From Bdellovibrionales bacterium (lineage in GTDB: Bacteria; Bdellovibrionota; Bdellovibrionia; Bdellovibrionales; UBA1609), in the NCBI GenBank assembly GCA_050246815.1, contig JBFWVI010000010.1, positions 2,293 through 66,292 of the forward strand: a DNA stretch of 64,000 nt, in the 5' to 3' direction. Below, piece by piece: positions 9,957-19,511 of this stretch (position 1 is its first letter; the number at the start of each line of letters is the position of its first letter). The notes below the pieces were generated by a model. It had not been told where the DNA came from. It searched no databases and was given only the letters and a program-made list of their open reading frames with translations. The position numbers were made by a program, and so were the translations under genes.

Positions 9957-10952
9957 TCACTTCACTATCGGCTTGGTGACTTGTACGGCCACCGAGCCAT
10001 GGTGGATTCCATGGTACGCCTTGAACTTCTTAACACCTTCAATTAACACATCGAATTCGCCGGTGGCGTCTTGATCCAAGGGGATCACATCGCCAATCTT
10101 CAAGCCCATCAGATCATTCAAAGTGATCTCACTTTCACCCAGCTTCACCTGCACATCAATGGCTGTTTCATAAAGCTGACTGCGAATAATCGAGGTCCAC
10201 ATTTTTTTGTCGGTTTGATCACTCTCCACTTGAAAGCCGGTCGAAAGTTTTTGTTTAATCGGCTCAATGGTGGCGTACGGAATGACCAACGTGATTGTTC
10301 CGTTGGCGTTCTCTAATTCAACGTCGAAAGTCGAAGCGATCACAATATCCGTTGGTGGCACAATACCCACGAATTGCGGGTTGATCTCGGTCCGCACAAA
10401 TGACGCGTCAATCTTTTCAACCGCCAACCAAGCGGCTTCGAGGTCTTCAATCGCCAAGTCGACGACTTTTCGCACAATAGAAAGTTCGATGGGAGTAAAA
10501 TCTTTGCCTTCGATCTTTGTGTAGGGACGATCCGCGCCACCAAAAAAGCTATCAACCAATGCATAGGCCAACTTTGATTCGATCACCAGCAGGGCCGATC
10601 CGCGCAAAGCATTAAAACGCAGCACGCTCATGCAGGTGGGCATAGGCAATGTATTGATGAATTCACCGAACTTCAAAAAGTCGGTGCTGGCATGGTTCAG
10701 AGTTGCGATTTTACGAAGTGCGCTTGAGAGCGAAACACGAAATGAGCGCATGAATTTTTCATAGATCACGTCTAACTGCGGCAGGCGGCCGCGAATGATT
10801 CGGTCTTGGCTGGTCAGGTCGTAGACGACAACAACGCGGTCATCACCGGGCGTGCCGCCGGCGGCTTGCCCTTCTTGTGATTGACCCAGCTCGCCTTCGG
10901 AAACCGCGGCTAGCAGGGCATCAACTTCGCTTTGTGAAAGGACCTGACTCAT
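9957..10952 (-). CDS. fliM: flagellar motor switch protein FliM
   Basis: N-terminal CheY-P binding motif LSQSEVDALL. 331 aa with a C-terminal SpoA-like region. Located upstream of fliN. Confidence 0.95.
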   Translation of the reverse strand: MSQVLSQSEVDALLAAVSEGELGQSQEGQAAGGTPGDDRVVVVYDLTSQDRIIRGRLPQLDVIYEKFMRSFRVSLSSALRKIATLNHASTDFLKFGEFINTLPMPTCMSVLRFNALRGSALLVIESKLAYALVDSFFGGADRPYTKIEGKDFTPIELSIVRKVVDLAIEDLEAAWLAVEKIDASFVRTEINPQFVGIVPPTDIVIASTFDVELENANGTITLVIPYATIEPIKQKLSTGFQVESDQTDKKMWTSIIRSQLYETAIDVQVKLGESEITLNDLMGLKIGDVIPLDQDATGEFDVLIEGVKKFKAYHGIHHGSVAVQVTKPIVK

Positions 10953-10969
10953 GCGTTCTCCATTCCCCT

Positions 10970-11500
10970 TTAGTTAAAAATAAACTCGGTGAAGTAAACG
11001 TTTTTGATCTGACCCTTGGTCAAAAATAAATTCACTTGGTTCCGAATTTCTTCGCGAAGCGCGTCTTTTCCCTCTTTTGAAGAAACTTGCGCTAAGCTTT
11101 TGTCTGAGATGATCATGATCACCATATCGCGGATACGTGGCTTCAGCTTTTCGATTTCTTGCTGCACTTCATCGCTGGTGACCTCAAACTCCATATTGAG
11201 CTTAGCCAGTTTACGACCTCGGCTTTGGGCCAAATTCACCAAGAAGGTCTCCATTGGGATCAGCTTGCCGATGAATTCGGTGTTTTTTCCTTCTTCTTCT
11301 TGCGTGGCGCTTTCACCTTTGATGACCTGATCGATGCCGGGCTCAGCCGCCTTTTTCTTTTGCCCCAAGTACAACATCGCACCAATCCCAAGCACGACCG
11401 CCATGTTGACGATGGTTAGGATGATAAAAAGCGTCGGCTTTTGGCCGCCGCCGCCGCTGGGCGCCGGTGCAGGTGCTGGTGCTGTATTTGCTTCGGCCAC
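10970..11500 (-). CDS. fliL: flagellar basal body-associated protein FliL
   Basis: 176 aa with one N-terminal TM (LFIILTIVNMAVVLGIGAMLYLG) and the FliL C-terminal pattern (ETFLVNLA...LNMEFEV...IRDMVIMIIS...FTEFIFN). GTG start with a GAGGGGG SD. Confidence 0.88.
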   Translation of the reverse strand: MAEANTAPAPAPAPSGGGGQKPTLFIILTIVNMAVVLGIGAMLYLGQKKKAAEPGIDQVIKGESATQEEEGKNTEFIGKLIPMETFLVNLAQSRGRKLAKLNMEFEVTSDEVQQEIEKLKPRIRDMVIMIISDKSLAQVSSKEGKDALREEIRNQVNLFLTKGQIKNVYFTEFIFN

Positions 11501-11729
11501 GTTTCCCCCTCAATAGACTCTTGGACGGGCTAGTCCCTCAAAGAGAGTGAGAGAGCAACTCAGATGCCAACCCGACCTCGGGTGGGAGTCAGGGGTTATT
11601 CACCCTGATTTGACAGGTTGTTGGTCATGAATTCAGGACTTAAGGCGGGCCTGAGCAGCGCCAATCCATCTGAAGTGCCAAAATGTTTTTGACAGGCCTA
11701 AGGGGGAACTTGCCCAAGGTCCGCGAGGC

Positions 11730-12551
11730 TTAAGTGGAAGACAAACAACTGTTCAAATGGCCGAGCATCTGGCCATGCAAAACCTGGCTTGATGCCAAAA
11801 TTGATCCCGCACCAACCTGATAAGGTTGGCCCTTGTAATCCGTGACCACACCACCGGCTTCGCGCACCAAAACGGTCCCCGCGGCGGTATCCCAGGGTTT
11901 CAAGTTTTTCTCCCAGAAAGAGTCAAATACCCCTTCGGCCACCAGACAAAGGTCGTACGCGGCGGCACCTGCGCGGCGGATACCGCGCGCCTCAAACACC
12001 AATTTTTCGAAAATTTTTAGCTGTTCGCGCAAGACATGAGGCTCATCACGGAAAAAACCGGTCGCCAACAACGTGTCGCGAATTTTTTCTCGAGTGCTGA
12101 CCTGAATTGGTTGATCATCGCGAAAGGCCCCGCCGCCCTTGGTCGCCGTGTAGGTGGTGTTCAGCATCGGCATGTCCACTAGCCCCAACACCAGCTCGCC
12201 TTGCCACATCAAGCCGATGCTGATGCAAAAAACGGGAAACCGATGAACATAATTTGTTGTGCCATCCAAAGGGTCTACGATCCACCAGTTGCCCGCTGTC
12301 GGCCACCCACTGACTTTGTCGGCGCTGGATTCCTCGCCCAAAAATGAGGCCGGATAAAGCTTTTGAAGTTCGGCCTGAATCACCTTTTCGCTGGCCACAT
12401 CGGCTTCGCTCACCAGTCCGGCCTGAAACTTCTCACTGACCTTGGTCAAGCGGCCGAAGTAATCAAGCAGGACCTGTCGGCCAAGCCGGGCCGCCGATTG
12501 TGCCGCAGCCATGGCGCGGACCGGATCAAAGGTCGAGTGTGAATTATTCAT
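11730..12551 (-). CDS. suhB: inositol monophosphatase family protein (SuhB-like)
   Basis: IMPase motifs FLGEE and WIVDPLDGTTNYVH, plus WDTAAG. I prefer ATG 12551 (GAAGGGA SD) over the track start at 12608. Confidence 0.88.
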   Translation of the reverse strand: MNNSHSTFDPVRAMAAAQSAARLGRQVLLDYFGRLTKVSEKFQAGLVSEADVASEKVIQAELQKLYPASFLGEESSADKVSGWPTAGNWWIVDPLDGTTNYVHRFPVFCISIGLMWQGELVLGLVDMPMLNTTYTATKGGGAFRDDQPIQVSTREKIRDTLLATGFFRDEPHVLREQLKIFEKLVFEARGIRRAGAAAYDLCLVAEGVFDSFWEKNLKPWDTAAGTVLVREAGGVVTDYKGQPYQVGAGSILASSQVLHGQMLGHLNSCLSST

Positions 12552-12658
12552 GATCCCTTCAAAGCCCGAGCCCGAGTGCTTGTCAAGACTTTGACAGATT
12601 GACCCCATATCTCTATCACCTTACGATAAGAAGATACGTAATCGTGGAGGGGTTTTTC

Positions 12659-13564
12659 ATGCTGAACCAAAGAGGCGCGTCCAAATCCGGTACTTTAATA
12701 AAAATGACGCAGGCTCTCGTACTTTTGTTGTTTGTTTCGCTGCTGGCTTTTTCGGCCGGTACATTCATCGGCAAAAAAGTAAGCGATAGCGAACATCGTC
12801 GTGCCCAACTTGAAGGCGAATACAAAGCTGTCGCGAGCCATGATGAACATGGCAATGCGGGCCAAGACGTCGCAGGCGAAGAGAATCTCTCTGAAGACGA
12901 TATCGCAAGTCTAACTGAAGAATTTGTGACCAAGGAAAAAGAGGCTGTGGCCGAGGAGAACGGCAAGGCAGAAGAGCAACCAGCCCGTGAAGTTGCCAGC
13001 GCGCCAGAGGCCAGCACAGGCTACAAAAAATTTAACGGCGAAAAGGGCAAACCCGCTCCAGCAGCAACTGAGCACGCGCCCGCTCACGATGCGCATGCCG
13101 CGCCAACTGCCAAAGCGGCGGCCGAGCCCAAACATACCGCCGAGCCAAAGAAGCATGCCGTAGAACCTGCCCACAAAGCAGAGCCGCCGATGATCGTCGC
13201 AAGCCCCAAGAGCGCACCATCACCGATGGCTGCACGCGTAGCCGAAGGTCATGCCCCCGCACCCGACGCCAAAGAAGAAAGAAAACCCTTGAGTGTATTG
13301 CCCTCGATCGCCGCCACGGCGGTGGGCAAGTACACCGTGCAAGTGGCCTCTTATCCGGACGAAGCCGAGGCTAAAAACCACGCCGCGAACTTAAAAGGTA
13401 AAGGTTGGAACGCATTCTACGTGCCCGCCGATGTGCAGGGTAAAACTTGGTATCGCGTGAGCGTTGGCCTTTTCACCAATGCCAAGAGTGCTGCGGATTT
13501 CCGCAAAGAATTCCAAAAAGAATCGAACGTCGCCACTGCGATTGTGCAAAAAATCGTAAAGTAA
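12659..13564 (+). CDS. SPOR-domain (peptidoglycan-binding) membrane protein
   Basis: GGAGGGG SD lies upstream of ATG 12659. N-terminal TM (ALVLLLFVSLLAFSAGTFIG), a low-complexity Ala/Pro/Lys/Glu linker, and a C-terminal SPOR fold pattern (YTVQVASYPDEAEAKNHAANLKGKGWNAFYVPADVQGKTWYRVSVGLF). Confidence 0.8.
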   Translation: MLNQRGASKSGTLIKMTQALVLLLFVSLLAFSAGTFIGKKVSDSEHRRAQLEGEYKAVASHDEHGNAGQDVAGEENLSEDDIASLTEEFVTKEKEAVAEENGKAEEQPAREVASAPEASTGYKKFNGEKGKPAPAATEHAPAHDAHAAPTAKAAAEPKHTAEPKKHAVEPAHKAEPPMIVASPKSAPSPMAARVAEGHAPAPDAKEERKPLSVLPSIAATAVGKYTVQVASYPDEAEAKNHAANLKGKGWNAFYVPADVQGKTWYRVSVGLFTNAKSAADFRKEFQKESNVATAIVQKIVK

Positions 13565-13567
13565 GAT

Positions 13568-14116
13568 TTAAAGCAAAAATTGTAACGCCAAAGACGCGCT
13601 TATCTCCCAGGGTAAGCGCGTTTGTGTTTTAAGGGCCTTTAACACCACTTCGCTTCGCCACCGATCTCCCAACTGCCAGCCAAAACCACCACCTGCCCCC
13701 AAAACCATCTCACTGTCGCCATTCAAATCCATCCGCTCGCCGCCCAATTGATTTTCAATCTTGGTCTGACGATAGCCTGTGCCCAATTGCAGCAGGCCCA
13801 AAGTGCCTTGGTAAAGACGTTTATGACCACGCACCCATAACAAACCTTGACGACTTTTTTGCCTGATGCTCAAAGCGCCCGACTGCGAAGAATCCTGCCA
13901 AAAGCGACCTTCCACTAAAACAACAAACCGGCCGAATTCATACCCCACTTCCGCGCCCCAAGACGGCAGCCACTCCAAGTTTTCTTGATTGATGGATTCG
14001 GTGCCCAACATCTCGGCCGCAATCCCGACCCGCCAGCGATTTTGACTCAATTCCGGCGCGCTTTGCGCTGCAGCGAAGCTGCTGACCGCCATAAGCAGAA
14101 TTAAAATAAATTTCAT
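13568..14116 (-). CDS. small outer-membrane beta-barrel protein (hypothetical)
   Basis: Signal peptide MKFILILLMAVSSFAAAQS. Alternating hydrophobic/aromatic beta-strand pattern with Gly-rich turns. ATGA overlap with the upstream gene's stop. Confidence 0.6.
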   Translation of the reverse strand: MKFILILLMAVSSFAAAQSAPELSQNRWRVGIAAEMLGTESINQENLEWLPSWGAEVGYEFGRFVVLVEGRFWQDSSQSGALSIRQKSRQGLLWVRGHKRLYQGTLGLLQLGTGYRQTKIENQLGGERMDLNGDSEMVLGAGGGFGWQLGDRWRSEVVLKALKTQTRLPWEISASLALQFLL

Positions 14117-15258
14117 GGACACCCCCGAAAGACAGCAGCACGACCGACAAGTTTGCTACGCAGTTCACGACAGCTTTCGGCAGGGATAGGCAAGTTTTGT
14201 TTATTCAAAAATGATTCAATAAAATAATCAGACTCGATCGCCTGAAGGTCTAGAACAGGTAATGCCTCGTTCAAAATTTGCGGCAGAGTTCGCAGCACTT
14301 CGGATAAAACTTCGCGTGGACCATTGGTTGGATGCAATTGCAGCCCCCACTGATAAAGCCAACGCGCCAAAGCCGTGCCGTTCACGTACTGAAACCCCTG
14401 CATCTGCGTTGCCGTAAGACAGGGCCCTGTGCAATCCATCATCCTTTTTAAATCAACCCAGTTGATCAACGCTGTAACGGGTAAACTCAACGCGCGTTCT
14501 TGCGCCTGATTGACAAAACTCATTCGCATGAACATCGGATCACCGGTGAAAACCGTGGCATACAAATCCGCTAAACCTTCATTCCACGAGCCAATCACCA
14601 AACGATTTACGATGCCCAACAAAGATCTGTTGCTCAATGCAAACTGGGCAGCGCCCGCACGCCCGCCGGAAACCGCAGCAAAATGGGCGTGAAAATGTTC
14701 ATGGCTTAAAACCCCATGATTGACCGCCAGGGGTAGCCCGGCGCTTTCGTGACTTGAAGAATAGGCCGCCACAGCGACCACATCGCCCGCACGATCATAG
14801 GCTGCATTGCTGTGCAGGCTGCCTTCTGGGGTTTTAATCTTGATGTCGAAACCCACCTCGCGCGGCCAAGCTAAACGCGATTCGAAACCCAATTGCCGAT
14901 CAAATCTTTGTAAGCGCTCAAAAATCGCATAAGTGGCGATCGCCTGCTGACTTTGCACATCGGTCGCCAGCCACAGCCTTCCGCGCCGGGTCAGGTGCGG
15001 CTTGACGGGTTGACCACGAAAACCACCCGCTTTTTTGCCTCCCACCTGCCAAAAAATTCGCGCTGCGGGGCCATCCATTTTTTGTGGTGAACTCAATGTG
15101 CTTAAAACCACTTTGGTGAAGTGGTAATCCCCTTGGGCGTCAGGCCAAGGCAGCAGCACTTCAGCTCCGTCAGACCTTCCTTGAAGGCCTTGCCCGCAGC
15201 CCAAAACGGCCGCCAGACCCAAGAACAGAAAAATGTGCCAAAATCGATATCTCACCAT
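14113..15258 (-). CDS. lipoprotein, putative gluzincin metallopeptidase (Peptidase_MA_2-like)
   Basis: Lipobox LAAVLGC. HExxH motif (LSHEHFHAH) followed about 40 aa later by WNEGLADLY, the pattern of MA-clan peptidases. Start taken at Met14 of the track ORF. Confidence 0.55.
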   Translation of the reverse strand: MVRYRFWHIFLFLGLAAVLGCGQGLQGRSDGAEVLLPWPDAQGDYHFTKVVLSTLSSPQKMDGPAARIFWQVGGKKAGGFRGQPVKPHLTRRGRLWLATDVQSQQAIATYAIFERLQRFDRQLGFESRLAWPREVGFDIKIKTPEGSLHSNAAYDRAGDVVAVAAYSSSHESAGLPLAVNHGVLSHEHFHAHFAAVSGGRAGAAQFALSNRSLLGIVNRLVIGSWNEGLADLYATVFTGDPMFMRMSFVNQAQERALSLPVTALINWVDLKRMMDCTGPCLTATQMQGFQYVNGTALARWLYQWGLQLHPTNGPREVLSEVLRTLPQILNEALPVLDLQAIESDYFIESFLNKQNLPIPAESCRELRSKLVGRAAVFRGCP

Positions 15259-15376
15259 GCTGAAATCAGCTTTATGATATGGCGCAGAAAAATTCACCAG
15301 TTGTTGCTCAAAGACCCATATTTTGGATTAACTCGGGTCCCGAACGTGAAATTTCTGCCAAAGGATTCTGGTACCC

Positions 15377-17710
15377 ATGTCATCGTTCCTTGAGCGTGTC
15401 CGTCAAGAACTCAATCCACCCCAACTTGAGGCCGTGGCCCATGTCCATGGACCGATCCTTATTTTGGCGGGTGCGGGCTCAGGCAAGACGCGGGTGCTCA
15501 CCTATCGAATCGCCAATCTGATTGCTTCAGGCGAGGCCGCTCCGCAACAAATTCTGGCCGTGACCTTCACCAATAAAGCCGCCCGCGAAATGGAGCACCG
15601 TATTTTGGCTCTGCTTAAAAATTTGGGAATCCCCGTCTATGAGCAAATGTGGGTCAGCACCTTTCACTCCATTTGCGCACGGATTTTACGCCAAGAGATC
15701 ACGCGTCTGGGGTACCAACCCTTCTTCACGATTTATGACGACACCGATCAACTGAGCATCTTAAAAAAAATTATTCATGCGATGAATTTGAATGACAAGA
15801 TCTACGCCCCCAAAATGTTTCAAGCTCGCATCGACGAAGCCAAGCGCCTGGGCATGACGCCCGCTGATCTGCAAAAGCGCCCGCGCTTTTTTATGGATGA
15901 CAAGGTGTTGCCCGTCTTCGCCGCTTATGAAAATGAAATGAAAAAAGCCAACGCGCTGGATTTTGGCGACTTGCTGCTGAAAACCTACGAACTCTTTCGC
16001 GACCACCCGGACATACGCGAACGATTCGCTGAACAATTTCAATACATTATGGTCGACGAGTACCAAGACACCAACCACATCCAATACTTGCTGGTAAAGC
16101 TGCTGAGCCAATCCCATCGCAACCTTTGCGTGGTGGGCGACGAAGATCAATCGATCTACAGCTGGCGTGGTGCCGACATCCAGAATATTTTGGATTTCGA
16201 ACGCGATTTTCCAGAATGCAAAGTTGTGAAGTTAGAGGAAAACTACCGCTCAACCAAAGCCATTGTCAGCGCCGCCACGGCTGTTATTAAAAACAATTCC
16301 CAACGCAAAGACAAAACCCTATTCACGCAAAATGAAGCGGGAGAAAAAATTGTAATCTATGAAAGTTCGAACGAGTACGAAGAAGCTCGTTTTGTTGCGC
16401 AAAAGATCGAACAGCTGATGCGCGAAAAAAATTATAATCGCAAAGACTTTGCGATTTTCTATCGCACCAATGCCCAGTCCCGAGTGATTGAAGACCTGAT
16501 GCGCAGCCATTCGCTGCCTTATCGCTTAGTGGGTGGCGTGAAGTTTTATGAGCGCATGGAAATCAAGGATATCCTTGGCTATTTGAAAGCGCTTTTAAAC
16601 CCCACCGATGAAGTGGCTTTAAAGCGCATCATCAACACGCCAGCCCGCGGCGTAGGCAAAACCACTGTGGAAACCATTGAAAACACCGCTCGCACGCAGA
16701 ACTTGGACTTCTTCACAGCCATTCGCGCCACGGCCGAACAACGTTTAGTCAATTCAGGTGCCGCCAAAAAGATCCGGTCTTTCGCGGATCTGATGGACTC
16801 TCTGCGCCAGGATCTGGCGACCAAAGCTTTAAGCGAAATCTACATCGAAATTCTGGACAAAACACAATACGTACAGCGCCTGAAAGAAGAAGGCACACCT
16901 GAATCCGAAAGCCGCATTCAAAACTTGGAAGAGATGCAAAATGCGATCCGCCAGTTCGAGGAAGAACGTGGCGATGAGGCCACACTGCAAAACTTTCTAG
17001 AAGAAATCGCCCTGGTCACTGATCTGGACAAGATGGATGAAAGCCAGGATTTTATCACGCTGATGACCCTGCACATCTCGAAGGGCCTTGAATTTCCGGT
17101 GGTGTTCATTGTTGGCTGTGAAGAGGGCCTTTTTCCTTCAAGTCGTGCGATCGATGAGGCCAGCGAAGAAGGCCTGGAGGAAGAACGCCGCCTGGCCTAT
17201 GTGGGGATGACCCGCGCCCGCCAACGTTTATTCATGACTCACACTCGCATTCGCCGTGTTTGGGGCCAAGAGCAGCAGCATCCCCCGTCACGTTTCTTAA
17301 ACGAATTGCCGCGGGAATTCGTGCAAGTGGAAAGTCAAATTCAGCGGCCAAAGTTTTTAGACAAGTACGCCGGCTACAGTGCCGGTGGCGCAGAGCCGCG
17401 CTATTCATCTGCGGGCGTGACCACCAGCTTCGCTGATCGCGTGAAACAACGTCGCGGTGAACAAAGCCAGGGCGACGAATTTGACCAGATGCCCGACTAT
17501 GAGAACTTTAGTGACACCCCAGGCCCCTCAACCAGCGGCGGCGGCCCTCAGGCCTATGTCAAGGGCATGCGTGTGCGCCATCCCACCTTTGGCGCAGGTT
17601 CGATCTTTCAAGTGGAAGGCAGCGGCGATGAGCAAAAAATCAGCGTGGTCTTTAGCGACCGCACCTTTAAAAAATTTGTCGCGAAGTACGCACGGCTAGA
17701 AATTATTTAA
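15377..17710 (+). CDS. uvrD: ATP-dependent DNA helicase UvrD/PcrA family
   Basis: Walker A AGAGSGKT and motif II DEYQDTN, plus VGDEDQSIYSWRGA, and MTLHISKGLEFPVVF and YVGMTRAR. C-terminal Tudor-like tail (VRHPTFGAGSIFQVEG...). Confidence 0.95.
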   Translation: MSSFLERVRQELNPPQLEAVAHVHGPILILAGAGSGKTRVLTYRIANLIASGEAAPQQILAVTFTNKAAREMEHRILALLKNLGIPVYEQMWVSTFHSICARILRQEITRLGYQPFFTIYDDTDQLSILKKIIHAMNLNDKIYAPKMFQARIDEAKRLGMTPADLQKRPRFFMDDKVLPVFAAYENEMKKANALDFGDLLLKTYELFRDHPDIRERFAEQFQYIMVDEYQDTNHIQYLLVKLLSQSHRNLCVVGDEDQSIYSWRGADIQNILDFERDFPECKVVKLEENYRSTKAIVSAATAVIKNNSQRKDKTLFTQNEAGEKIVIYESSNEYEEARFVAQKIEQLMREKNYNRKDFAIFYRTNAQSRVIEDLMRSHSLPYRLVGGVKFYERMEIKDILGYLKALLNPTDEVALKRIINTPARGVGKTTVETIENTARTQNLDFFTAIRATAEQRLVNSGAAKKIRSFADLMDSLRQDLATKALSEIYIEILDKTQYVQRLKEEGTPESESRIQNLEEMQNAIRQFEEERGDEATLQNFLEEIALVTDLDKMDESQDFITLMTLHISKGLEFPVVFIVGCEEGLFPSSRAIDEASEEGLEEERRLAYVGMTRARQRLFMTHTRIRRVWGQEQQHPPSRFLNELPREFVQVESQIQRPKFLDKYAGYSAGGAEPRYSSAGVTTSFADRVKQRRGEQSQGDEFDQMPDYENFSDTPGPSTSGGGPQAYVKGMRVRHPTFGAGSIFQVEGSGDEQKISVVFSDRTFKKFVAKYARLEII

Positions 17711-17726
17711 AATAAGCACAGTGACC

Positions 17727-17993
17727 CTAAGGGTCTGGTGGTGCACCTGACTTGCGCTTTTCGTCCTGAGGATCCGGAAACCAACCTTGATTGGGCGTGG
17801 AACGATCTTTCAAGTGCGGCTGCTCTTCAGAAGAACAACGTGGATCATCAGTTCGTCCTCGCTGCGCAACGCACTCCGGATCGTAAGTGTAGCGACCCTT
17901 TCTGGAATCATAGGTCATCCCACAACCTGCACTTAAAAGCGCAAGCACCAAAGACATGAAGGCAAGCGCCACTGGTTTCTGTTTAAAAATCAT
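17727..17993 (-). CDS. small lipoprotein (hypothetical)
   Basis: 88 aa with lipobox LLSAGCG. ATGA overlap with the kamA-like stop. Confidence 0.5.
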   Translation of the reverse strand: MIFKQKPVALAFMSLVLALLSAGCGMTYDSRKGRYTYDPECVAQRGRTDDPRCSSEEQPHLKDRSTPNQGWFPDPQDEKRKSGAPPDP

Positions 17994-19201
17994 ACTAAAA
18001 CCTCACTCGAACCATATTGTTGATCACACACCATTTGCCATTCTTCGAGGTAATCCGCCACGTCCGAAGGTTGCATCGCCAAGGTGTTTTGTGGGTTTAA
18101 ATAATCGGCGCTAAAGCCGTCCCAGCCTTGAAAACGCCATTTTTGAGCCGATTTTTCAACTATGAAGTCTGGGGTCAAGCCCACCTTGCCGCCGCCGCCG
18201 GGAATATCCAAAGAAAGATTGGGCATGGCCAAGCCACTCATCCGCCCCCACAGCTCGCGCTGGATTTCAAGGGACTCTTCAATCGAGATACGAAAGTGAT
18301 CGGTGCCTTCGGAAGGATCGCACTGAAACATGTAGTAAGGTTTGATGCGCAAACGAAGCAACCGTCGCGAAAGCGCTTGCACGATGGCCGCGTGATTGTT
18401 CACTCCACGCAGCAGCACCATTTGATTGAACACAGGAAAGCCGTTGTCCACCAACAAAGTCAGAGCAGTGGCAGCTTCGGCGGTCAACTCGCGCGGATGA
18501 TTGAAATGCACCATCATATAAACCGGATGATGGCCCTTTAAAGCCTGCACCAATTCAGGGGTGATTCGCATCGGGCAAACCACAGGCATCCGTGTGCCAA
18601 TGCGAATCAGCTCAACGTGCTCAATCGCGCGCAAATCCGAAATCACTTTTAGTAACCTAGAATCACTTAAAGTCAGCGGATCTCCGCCCGATAAAATCAC
18701 CTCGCGAATGCCCTTTTGTTCGCGAATGTACGCCAATGCGGCTTGATACTCATGACTTGAAACAAAGGCTTCATCTTGCCCGGTGAAATACTTGCGCAGG
18801 CAATAGCGGCAATAAACACTGCAAGTGTCCGTGACCAAAAATAAGACTCGATCCGGATAGCGATGAACCAATCGTTTGACCGGTGAATGGCGTTTTTCAC
18901 CTAAAGGGTCCGAAACCTGTTGGCCACGCGCCGAAAGCTCCTCGGTCAAGGGCAGAATCATACGACGAATTGGATCATTCACGTTTTCACGAGAAGCCAG
19001 GCTGGCGTAGTACGGGGTCGCCTGCACTTTGAATAAACGTTCTGCCCCACTAAAGGCCAAACGTTCATTTTCACTCAACTGAAAATATCGCACGAATTCA
19101 TCGGTCGCGCTTAAACGATTTCCCAGTTGCCACTGCCAGCTTTGCCAATCGCTTAAAGCCACGCCTGGGGGCGGCTCTGTGGGTTTGAATTGAAGTTTCA
19201 T
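17990..19201 (-). CDS. KamA-family radical SAM aminomutase (lysine 2,3-aminomutase-like)
   Basis: CxxxCxxC cluster CSVYCRYCLRK, SGGDPL, and a KamA-type N-terminal region (WQWQLGNRL...). 403 aa. Confidence 0.85.
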   Translation of the reverse strand: MKLQFKPTEPPPGVALSDWQSWQWQLGNRLSATDEFVRYFQLSENERLAFSGAERLFKVQATPYYASLASRENVNDPIRRMILPLTEELSARGQQVSDPLGEKRHSPVKRLVHRYPDRVLFLVTDTCSVYCRYCLRKYFTGQDEAFVSSHEYQAALAYIREQKGIREVILSGGDPLTLSDSRLLKVISDLRAIEHVELIRIGTRMPVVCPMRITPELVQALKGHHPVYMMVHFNHPRELTAEAATALTLLVDNGFPVFNQMVLLRGVNNHAAIVQALSRRLLRLRIKPYYMFQCDPSEGTDHFRISIEESLEIQRELWGRMSGLAMPNLSLDIPGGGGKVGLTPDFIVEKSAQKWRFQGWDGFSADYLNPQNTLAMQPSDVADYLEEWQMVCDQQYGSSEVLV

Positions 19202-19511
19202 CGGCCGTGATCACTACCATATATAAGGACAAAGGCCTACTGCCGGGCTTTGGATCAAATAAAACTGGTGGCCATTTCGCGCGCCCTTTCGGGCCTTCCC
19301 CTGTAAGCCCGATGACACTTTATAACTATTTGAATTTACTTAAAATTTTATGTTTCACAAAGCTTCCCTTGATTACCCTTAGACAGCTGGCGAACTTTTA
19401 AGCGTCGCTTTGGCACCGCTTGATCGCTGTGATTTCAAGGGTTTGGCCTGTGCCAAGCTTTGGACCCGCTTTTGGAATACTAAAAGCCATCAAGGCACTA
19501 AGGAGAGAGTT

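Noticed and set aside
11664-11680. Minus-strand TGGCAC (11680-11675) about 175 nt upstream of fliL as a sigma-54 promoter
   Set aside because: The -12 position reads ATGG rather than TTGC, so the GC dinucleotide is missing at the correct spacing. A neighbouring TGGCGC-N5-AGGC is also weak. I could not assign the fliL operon promoter.
12616-13262. Antisense ORFs in the SPOR gene (12616..13017, 12911..13174, 13032..13262)
   Set aside because: These are artefacts of the GC-rich Ala/Pro/Lys-repeat coding region. The plus-strand frame ends in a clear SPOR domain.
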